From Lepidodermella squamata (taxonomy: Eukaryota; Animalia; Gastrotricha), in assembly GCA_047495785.1 (NCBI GenBank), contig JBLDXI010000115.1, forward strand, positions 1 through 19,346: 19,346 bases of DNA, given 5' to 3'. A model generated the notes under the pieces. That model was not told where the DNA came from and did no database searches. It was given only the letters and a program-made list of their open reading frames with translations. Positions 9,850-18,107 of this stretch are shown piece by piece; positions within the stretch are counted from its first letter, which is position 1; each line of letters opens with the position of its first letter. The position numbers and the translations under genes are program-made.

Positions 9850-10104
9850 TCAGCGGAGCAAACTTCGCCACAGCCCTCTTCGGAACGGCATTGGGTTGTA
9901 AATTGCTCCGAAATGGTTAGCCACCTCTTTTGGCTCCTCCAGTTCAGGTTCTTGATTGTCGATATCGGCTTCAGCGGAATCGTCGTCTGTATCGTAGCGA
10001 TTTCTGCCCTCAATTCTGTAGTTTATGAGTGCAAATCCAAGTACGCGATATGCACAAATACACAAAATAATGCCGAGAGTCAGACAAACTGACAGTTGTG
10101 TCAT
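9850..10104 (-). CDS. Secreted prepropeptide P4, 84 aa (ALxNYR...GLWR subfamily)
   Basis: Hydrophobic N-terminus, acidic middle, C-terminal RR-GLWRSLLR. Three aligned blocks shared with P5. AATAAA at 9796-9791. Confidence 0.85.
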   Translation of the reverse strand: MTQLSVCLTLGIILCICAYRVLGFALINYRIEGRNRYDTDDDSAEADIDNQEPELEEPKEVANHFGAIYNPMPFRRGLWRSLLR

Positions 10105-10422
10105 TTAGACGAAAAAAGAACAGAAATGAAATGAAACTCGGTATTTTTCTAGGCCATATCAGTAATCAGCAGGCGCGTCGTATTTTCATTATGTTTACTT
10201 CTAAGGACTCTGACTGAAAGCTATTTCACGTTGTATCTGGATCAATACATACAAACACATAATAATAAACTCATTTTACTAAGCAAAATCCTTTGTTTGT
10301 AGCAGAAGTACCGCATGCGCTAAAAATAAGGAGTGAAAAGTGAAAATATCAACATCCTCCCTCTCTAAGATGCCTTACAAAATAAATGAATAACTAAATT
10401 AAGATATTGTTTATTTTGAAAT

Positions 10423-10638
10423 CTATAAAATTCTACGCCATAGTCCTTTTCGATGGTAAAATGACCCATGCAGGGTGCTGATGTGGTTTACAACAGATCC
10501 AATAGCTGGCTCCAGGTCACGTTCACTCGACAAATCCAGCCCATATCGGTTGTGATCGTCAACTCGGTAATTCATCAACGCATAGCCGAACACAACATCC
10601 AAAAACATTAAGCTGACCAAAATCGTCATGAACTTCAT
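10423..10638 (-). CDS. Secreted prepropeptide P5, 71 aa (ALxNYR...GLWR subfamily)
   Basis: Signal peptide MKFMTILVSLMFLDVVFG. YALMNYRVDDHNRY, VVNH and RK-GLWRRIL match P4. AATAAA at 10415-10410. Confidence 0.85.
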   Translation of the reverse strand: MKFMTILVSLMFLDVVFGYALMNYRVDDHNRYGLDLSSERDLEPAIGSVVNHISTLHGSFYHRKGLWRRIL

Positions 10639-10749
10639 TCTCGGAAAAACTTGAATAAGGCAAAAGTCCCCAGGGTGTCTAACAGATCACATGTTTATTT
10701 TTACATAGCTAGGAGGTATGAGTTTCAGGTATAGGAAATAATCTACGAT

Positions 10750-11043
10750 CTAATACATCATTCGCCAAATGTGTCGTTGCTTGTAGCCGCGAGCCTTCTC
10801 GTCAAGCCGGCTCATAATGCGGAAGGCCATGCGCGCTAAATCGCGGTCTTCAGACAGGAAAAAGTAGTAGTAGTAGTACTCCTCATCATTCAGCGTACTG
10901 ATGGCTGTGTCATCCTCATCCGAGTCGAACATACCGCGATACACGGGCTGCGTGAACAGGTTGGCATACGCATTGATGAACAGGTTGAAATGTACTAGAA
11001 GCAGTAAAATTGTCCCTAAATTCATCCCGAAAATAATCCCCAT
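10750..11043 (-). CDS. Secreted prepropeptide P6 (97 aa from ATG 11043, or 91 aa from ATG 11025) with a poly-Tyr tract
   Basis: Signal-like MNLGTILLLLVHFNLFINAYA, acidic FDSDEDD...NDEEYYYYYFF, basic C-terminus KARGYKQRHIWRMMY. AATAAA at 10699-10694. Confidence 0.78.
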   Translation of the reverse strand: MGIIFGMNLGTILLLLVHFNLFINAYANLFTQPVYRGMFDSDEDDTAISTLNDEEYYYYYFFLSEDRDLARMAFRIMSRLDEKARGYKQRHIWRMMY

Positions 11044-11142
11044 ATATAAAACACCCGCCACTTTACGCCGCCGCGGTGCAAACGCATCATAATAGCCAGG
11101 AAATTGAGCTGTTGAAATTTTTTTTATTAAAATATAGCTACT

Positions 11143-11442
11143 TCAGAAGGCAAATCTAGCAAGTCTTAGTCGGCTCTTCAGAGTTGGCTGCCAGTGCCTT
11201 GACATTTTCTGCCCATCTGTATCGTAGTACTGCTTATGTGGCACGGCTTGGATGAGTTGAAAGTGATGGCCCTGCTCGTCGGTGATGACATCCTCCATTT
11301 CTTCATCAGCGTATTCATCTTCCGACGAATCTTGATCGCTGAAATCAACACGACTCATCGGCATTAATGGCTTCACAAAGCAGTGAATCGCCACGAAATA
11401 GCTGATCAGGATGAGAATAAGTAGTTGTTTTCGGGCAAGCAT
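11143..11442 (-). CDS. Secreted prepropeptide P7, 99 aa
   Basis: Signal peptide MLARKQLLILILISYFVAIHC, strongly acidic DQDSSEDEYADEEMED, basic C-terminus RHWQPTLKSRLRLARFAF. AATAAA at 11128-11123. Confidence 0.83.
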   Translation of the reverse strand: MLARKQLLILILISYFVAIHCFVKPLMPMSRVDFSDQDSSEDEYADEEMEDVITDEQGHHFQLIQAVPHKQYYDTDGQKMSRHWQPTLKSRLRLARFAF

Positions 11443-11741
11443 TACAATTTAAATTTTTCTGAGTATACTGAGCAAAATCATTTGCATCGCGCAATTTTAA
11501 TCTGGCCACTGGCCGCCGCGAGGGATTGCGTGGTGTTTCAACAGCTTTTTTACGCACGATATCGTCGCACAGGGACCTATAGAGGAGTGGCACCAATTGA
11601 TTGAGTGACCTACTCGCGCGGTAATCACATGATTGCGTGGAGTACAATATTATATTATGACGCTAATAATGAAACCTGCGAAAATCAAGGGCCCGCTAGA
11701 AACTGGAAAATGAAGCTTTATTGATAAAACAGCATCATATT

Positions 11742-11975
11742 TTAATCGTCATTTTTCTCGACTACAGCATTGCTGTGCTTCATTTTATGAAATCGCTGTC
11801 GCCAACCAGACGGCACGAATAATTTTCCGTAATTTTTGGCTGGGTCACTTTTGCTCCTCGAGCTGCTTTGTGAAGCAAACCATCGAGCTTTGGCAGGGTT
11901 CACTAGCTCCTCGTAAGCTGCTGCAAGGCATGAAGACGCCAGAAGAAGCAAAATAACCAAACTTCGATTAAGCAT
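11742..11975 (-). CDS. Secreted prepropeptide P8, 77 aa (mostly basic, no long acidic spacer)
   Basis: Signal peptide MLNRSLVILLLLASSCLAAA, possible NY-GK amidation site, GWRQRF. AATAAA at 11722-11717. Confidence 0.8.
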   Translation of the reverse strand: MLNRSLVILLLLASSCLAAAYEELVNPAKARWFASQSSSRSKSDPAKNYGKLFVPSGWRQRFHKMKHSNAVVEKNDD

Positions 11976-12566
11976 ATTTTTGCGTGATATCTAAAAAATG
12001 TGTGAATGAGAGTAACTCAATGGGCGAACGATAAATTGAATCTGGCAAGTGACTTAATGGGATACCAATAATAGCTGAAGATAATCCTATTTGAGGCCGG
12101 GCTTTGATCGAAATCTGATCGAACTTTTCTGTCACGCGATGAAGATCCGCTAATAGACTCATATGCTGATCCGACGTTTATAGGGCGCCCACTCCATTAG
12201 CGTGGTCAGAAGAATGTCTACTCATCAATTTCACGGTGTCTGCACCCTAAAACGTCGCTGTCATCGAATGAGTACTATCAGCATTCTAATATCCTAATTT
12301 CTTCTGCATGTTGTAACTTGCTAATAGGGTGAAAAAGCACTGGCCAAGCTGAAAGTCATTGATTTCATTGACCGCTGTGAAGCAGGAAACAACCATTATT
12401 GACCTGATGCCAAAGTGCAATGACGCACATGGCCTCGAATGACCAATGCTTAGCTACAGCCACTACCCACTCACAACACACCAAGCAAATAATTTATTTA
12501 TCAATCGAAAAAATAAATTTAGAATTCACACTCATCTCAGCCGAATGAATCACATATCATCTAATC

Positions 12567-12917
12567 TCACAGCCATTGCGAGTAGTATTTCGGGAAATTA
12601 GCCGCGTCTTTTTCGACCTGTTCGTCTGACCGGAGGTTGTTCATAGGCCTGCGTCCGTATGGCCGGTCGTTCTTCCGATCCGAGTTGCCACGATTGCCGC
12701 GATTGTTCATATAGTTACCGAGTAGATAAGTCCCTGGCGCAGCTCTTTTGATCATCATTCGCCACGAGCCAACGCCGTCTTCATCTTCAGCTTCTTCGCT
12801 TGAACCAACGTCGTATTTCAGCTTGTAACTGTCGCGAATGCCCATTGTGTTGAAGCAGTGAGTCAAATTCGCAAATAGGAAGATAGCAGCAAGTATCAAG
12901 ATACAGAAATTTGCCAT
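12567..12917 (-). CDS. Secreted prepropeptide P9, 116 aa, several dibasic sites
   Basis: Signal peptide MANFCILILAAIFLFANLTHC, acidic SSEEAEDED, KR, RK-NDRPY-GRR. AATAAA at 12498-12493. A TTTTAG acceptor lies 10 nt upstream of the ATG. Confidence 0.85.
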   Translation of the reverse strand: MANFCILILAAIFLFANLTHCFNTMGIRDSYKLKYDVGSSEEAEDEDGVGSWRMMIKRAAPGTYLLGNYMNNRGNRGNSDRKNDRPYGRRPMNNLRSDEQVEKDAANFPKYYSQWL

Positions 12918-13384
12918 TTTCGCTCGCCTAAAATTGCACAGAAATCAGGAGCGGTGGGGTAAGATATTTGAAAGTAGAATAAAATGAAGTGCCAATACAA
13001 AAAGAATTCAGGTGGGAGTGGCAAAAAAGTCGGAGCGGGGTGAAATCGTTAGCTTTTCTAACGCGAAGCTAGAAGGGAAATGGCTGCTCAGCCTTCACAT
13101 TGAGGAAATTGCCGATACAAAAGGCACTACGAGTGCTCCGGCGTACCAAGCTTTATAATCATGGAATACGGGAAAAAAACAACACTTTTTCGATTGAATA
13201 CTTAATTCAGAGTCCGCCTGTTATCGCAACACCCTGGAGGTTAAAAACTGCCCCAAATATTAGATCCAGAATAATTTTATTAAATTATCACTCATTCAGA
13301 CAAAAAAATGTTAAACATCCCTTTTCATTTGATACTCCCGCATAATAGCACGCATTAGTGAAGAAATAATGGGTAATTAACGCG

Positions 13385-13902
13385 TCAAGACGTATCATGC
13401 ATATGAATATAGTCTGTAGTCATTTCTTTAGCAGCGAGTGATAAATAATGGTTCCAGTAGTACACGTTGAACATGAAGAAAATTGCTGGGAAGCCAAATC
13501 TTGACACCCATTCGATACGGCTAGGGATAGAATGCGATATCACACAGCTGCATTGAAAATCATTGCCCATGTCGATTTCTTCATCAGAGTCCGAGTCGAG
13601 AGCAAATACGAATCTGATGCTTCTCCTTCGCCCATCATCGTCCGACAATCCACTATCACTGTCCTTGCCACATTGCCGCTTTTTCATTCTCATTTTCAAC
13701 TCTTGGCTCTTTTGCTTTGCCTCTAGTCTGGCTTGACAGGCTTTCAGTCTTTTTTCAATGTATGTTACTAAGGCATATTCGAGGAGCGCGAGGAATACGA
13801 TGCAGAAAGAGATTAGCATGTAAATGTCGAGGGCTTTGAGGTAGGATATGTTAGGAAGGCCTGCTTTGAAACCGCTGCTTGTGAATGTCACCATTGTGAG
13901 CA
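13385..13902 (-). CDS. 3'-terminal exon (mid-M2 to M4) of a GABA-A/glycine/GluCl-type anion-channel subunit; 5' part of the gene absent, cut by the inversion junction
   Basis: (V)LTMVTFTSSGFKAGLPNISYLKALDIYMLISFCIVFLALLEYALVTY matches the anionic pLGIC M2-M3 signature (VLTMTT...LPKVSYxKAxD...F.ALLEYA.V.Y). M4 is SRIEWVSRFGFPAIFFMFNVYYW. Phase-1 acceptor ttttctgtttttAG ends at 13903; AATAAA at 13281-13276. Confidence 0.9.
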
Positions 13903-14794
13903 CTAAAAACAGAAAAATGTATAAAATCGTGGGATTTTCGGTATCATCAAGTAACCATATTTCCGTCGCAGGACCACGCGAAAATTGATTTGGTAATTCG
14001 AGATTTGGTCTTGTTTAATCAGCTGTAGCGTGTAATTCAGCGGCATTGCTAGTTCCCATATATCTGATTCAGTTAGAGGCGGCTCGTTTGCGGAAGTAGA
14101 AACGGCGAATATAATATCGCCAAATGCGACAACTTCGCTGCGTTGATCTGATTGAAGCTGGATGTCGCAGGTTTGAATGTCGAATGGAAATTTCCGATAC
14201 GACATGTGGCGACAAGCTGAGTCGATGCGGCCCGAGACCACAAACATCGCGGTTGGTTTAGCGGTTCCAAATGGAAAAATCTTGACCTCCTTGACCAATC
14301 TGGGTGTATATCATAAAATGTCTAGATCTAGGCCAAAATATGCAAATTCCAAGTTCTTACTGTTCTAGGGGTCGACTGACTTCATAAGCATTGTAGTGAT
14401 TAATGGCCGGGAAGAAAGTTTCATCTCTCGGTACTGCGAAATTTATTTGCGCCAGATCTTTCATTCCGCAACTGATATTGGCAGCTTTCAAGCTCAGAGG
14501 CAGAATGGTTTCGCATACCACTTCGCAAGGTACTTCCCAGGACCATCGGGTTCTGACGTAAAGAGACAGCTGTTGCGTTATATCGTCAAGACTGATGACA
14601 CGGTGGAGGTAAAGCCGAACGCTGAGCTGCATTGGGGTTTTAAAGCCGGTCTTCATCCAAATGCTCATAGGTAGTTGGCGAATCCTCAACTCAGGGCACG
14701 CTTTCATCACATTTTCTTGAATTTCTAAGAGCTCTGGTATACTCTCTACAGCTAAGTAACTAGCCGAAATGAAAATTAGGATAAAGAAATACAT
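13903..14794 (-). pseudogene. Truncated inverted copy of pLGIC subunit 3 (signal peptide + extracellular domain + start of M1, 276 aa); intron 14360-14300
   Basis: Identical to subunit 3 up to RRKYGYLMIP, then reads across the junction as KIPRFYTFFCF* and stops on the TAG of the anion-channel splice acceptor. Confidence 0.85.
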
Positions 14795-14859
14795 AGTAAC
14801 AAGTAGAAACGTTAGTAACCACACTTTGAGTCCTTGATATTTATTCAGCTGCTATCCTT

Positions 14860-16104
14860 TTAATTCGTCATCAGGACGAATAAAATTATGTCGATAATCA
14901 CTGTTAAAGCTGTTGAGAAAACTCCGATAATCAAGTCGTAAAGCCTGACTTTTGACGAGATTCCGAAAAATATTGGCTTCTTAGTGCCTTGGTCTGGAGA
15001 ATCATCCATATTACAGACGATCACAGTATAGATAGAAGTGACTATTCCGTAGCAGAAATTCCAGCAAACCATTAGAATTAGGTAAACCGTCTCAGCTGTC
15101 TGAGGAATGCTGACGAAAACCATAGACAATAGAACTGAGAATGCGAGGACAACTGTAATAGCAAAAGTAGGCCTCTCGATGGTGGCGGGTGGTAGTAGGA
15201 AAGTCCCGGCTTGCATTATGAATAATCCAGCTAGCGGCATGAAGATAGACGCTGCGTAGCACCAAGATTTCCGCTTGACTGTTATACGAAACGCGACTTG
15301 AACTATTACAGCTGAAAACGACTGTGATATCTTGTCTATTGTATAGTTCAACGGGCCCGCTAATTCCCAAATATCGGTATCTAGGAGGGCGTCTATCTTA
15401 TCGGGGATAAAGAAGGAAATTTGTTGGAAATCCACAAATTCCGGTCGTTGTTCTGACTGGAGAATGATCTCGCAGGTTTGAACGTCGAACGGGAATTTTT
15501 GGAACCTTAGATATCGGCATGCAGAATCGATTCGACCTGTCGCTATAGCAAAGGCTTGTGGTTGCGGTTTCGACAGAGGTTGGATTTGGACATCAGCAGC
15601 TAATCTAATTAGAAATTCGTCCTGAACATGGTCAAATAGATCGAAAGTCACTTACTGGTCAAATGGCCGGCTTATTTGGAAAGCGTTGTAATGGCTGATG
15701 AGTGGGAAGTAGGTCTCCGATCGTGGTACAAAGAAATTGATCAGATCAACTTTAGGCACGCTACAGTTTCCATTCACAAGTGCGGCTATATTCTTCGGGA
15801 GAATGTCTAAGCAGCTGATGTTGCATGGCAATTTCCAGGACAGATTTATCCGAGCGTAGACTGACATTCGCTCCTCGACATCGTTGATTTCAATCAAACG
15901 GTAAAGCTGGAACCTTATGCCGATATAAAGTGGTGTTTTGAAGCCACTTTTCACCCAGACATGCGCTGGTAGACTCTTCAGTGTGACTTCGGGGCAAATC
16001 CTCACAGTATTATCCTCGATTTCCTTTATCTCAGGGTCAGTTATCCCGTGAATTAAGACTGGAAAAGCCAACAAAATGAGTTTACTTGAAAAGACAATCT
16101 TCAT
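14860..16104 (-). CDS. Inverted duplicate of pLGIC subunit 2; intron 15655-15605
   Basis: Mirror of 5034-6278 with identical ORF translations. Confidence 0.88.
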
Positions 16105-16219
16105 GTTGGGTATAAATTGGAGATTCGAAGTGGTTAGAAAATCAAATGAAACATCTCAAGTTTGCTTATCATTATTATTTGCCGAAATTCAATATTTGAT
16201 AAGATTCTCAGCAAATAAC

Positions 16220-17459
16220 TCATCTGAGCATTAAAGCCAGTAGAGTAAAATCAACAAGCATAACGAGAATAGTTAAACTGCCGCCAATTATAAAGTCGTA
16301 AAATCGTGGCGATTTAACAATGAACTTTCTCGTGAGAGAGCATTTCTTATTCGTTGCATCAACGCGATCGTCATAATTACACATTACGACTGAATAGATC
16401 GAAGTGACTACTCCGTAGCAAAAGTTGCAGCATACAAGTAGAATTAGGTAGGCGATCTCAGCTGTTTGCGGGATGCTCTCTAAAACGATTGAAAGAATGA
16501 CAGAAAACGCTAAAACGACCGTTACAGAAAACATAGGTCGATCGATAGCATTAGGTGGTAGGACGAAGGTGACTGCTTGGATAAGGAACAAACTAGCCAA
16601 AGGCATGAAAATTGACGCAAAGTAAATAGAAGATTTTCGTTTAAGTGTTATTTTGAACGTGACTTGGCTCGTCAAATACGTCATTTGAACCGTCTCTAAA
16701 GATGCGTTCAATGGGGCGGCCAACTGCCAGATATCGCTGTCGAGAAGAGCTGCCATGCCGTCTGGTATCGTGAAGGAGACTTGCTCGAAAACGACAAAAT
16801 CCGTCCTCTGATCTGATTGGAAAATCAACTCGCAAGTTTGCGTGTCAAATGGAAACTTTTTGAACGTTAGATAGCGACAAGCCGTATCCATACGCCCAGC
16901 AGCTAAGCCCATAGCTCGAGGCTCAGGCTGCGCGAAAGGAAGTACTTGTATGTCACTTGAGAGCCTGTATAGTTTCTAGAATCAATTGAACGGCCTTATT
17001 TAGCTAAACATACGAATCCAACGGCCTGTTATCTTGAAACGCATTGTAGTGGCTGATATAGGGGAAGTATGCCTCTGATTTCGGTAGGAAAAAATTGATA
17101 CTTTCGATTTTAGACGAGTTGCAACTCTGCTGTAATCGTGGAGGCAAAATTTCAGAGCAATTTATCGAACACGGAATGTTCCATGACAATGCGATCCGAG
17201 CGTAAACAGACATTCTCTGCTCGACGTCGTTGATTTCTACGAATCGAAGTAGTAGGAACTTGAAGCTGATGTAGAGCGGCGAAGTAAAATCGCTCTGTAG
17301 CCATGTGTTCATAGGCAAGCTCTTTTCAAGCATTTCAGGGCACGCTTTCAATGTCCTCTCCTTTAGTTCCTTAACCTCTGGATAAAGTAATGCTTTGCCT
17401 GGAAAACCTGTTCCAAAGGAAACAGAGGTGGGCATGCATATTTCTGAAATTTCTGTCAT
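16220..17459 (-). CDS. Inverted duplicate of pLGIC subunit 1; intron 17013-16965
   Basis: Mirror of 3679-4918 with identical ORF translations. Confidence 0.85.
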
Positions 17460-18107
17460 TTCGACTGCTCAAAACCCCAAAAGTTTTCGGTTTGTTTACT
17501 CTCAATTATTTTCTTCTTACTTATTGCTTACTTTTTACTGATATTGTGTCGTCCAATTAGCTTTATCCCAGGAAATTGCTCGTAAATCGAAGACGGCTAG
17601 TCCAATGATTTGTGCGCTAGTAGCCAACCCTTGCCATTACAGTGACATGTGTCACATTTACAGGAAATGATCTCAATATTAGCCTTGAGTTCGACACAAA
17701 CGGACGCAAGTGCCACGGCTGCGAAAATTAGCGCTGAGCACTTGACATAAGTCGGGCAGGAGTCACTTCAAAGCGCAGCATGGGATCTGAAACGGGGTTG
17801 TCTTTTCGTCATGCGACATGCGAGGGCTTACGACAGCGCCTTGCTGGGACATGTCACTTCGGTTCCGCATCGATGGGCAATTTGTTCGAAAAAAACCGGA
17901 TATTTTGTTCAGACTTTGCGTCCGGTCGCTTACCTTCCAACAAGGACAAGTGAACTGTTATAGATAACTCGGACTTTTTGCGCTGACAAGGCGAAGATCA
18001 CAACAGGCGACCCAGGGCACACAATAATGTGACATGACAAGTTGAGCTTAATTGATGATCGCATATAAGCATGGTGGCCGCTACCGGGTAGTATCATTCG
18101 AGGAAAG

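Noticed and set aside
9850-10445. GLW in P4/P5 as cnidarian GLWamide, or as a frog antimicrobial peptide homolog
   Set aside because: GLW follows the dibasic site and has no amidating Gly; three residues cannot establish homology.
8887-13153. Minus-strand TATAAA boxes 150-240 nt upstream of P2 (about 8890), P8 (about 12180) and P9 (about 13150)
   Set aside because: Plausible, but common in AT-rich DNA and not consistent across the array without start-site data.
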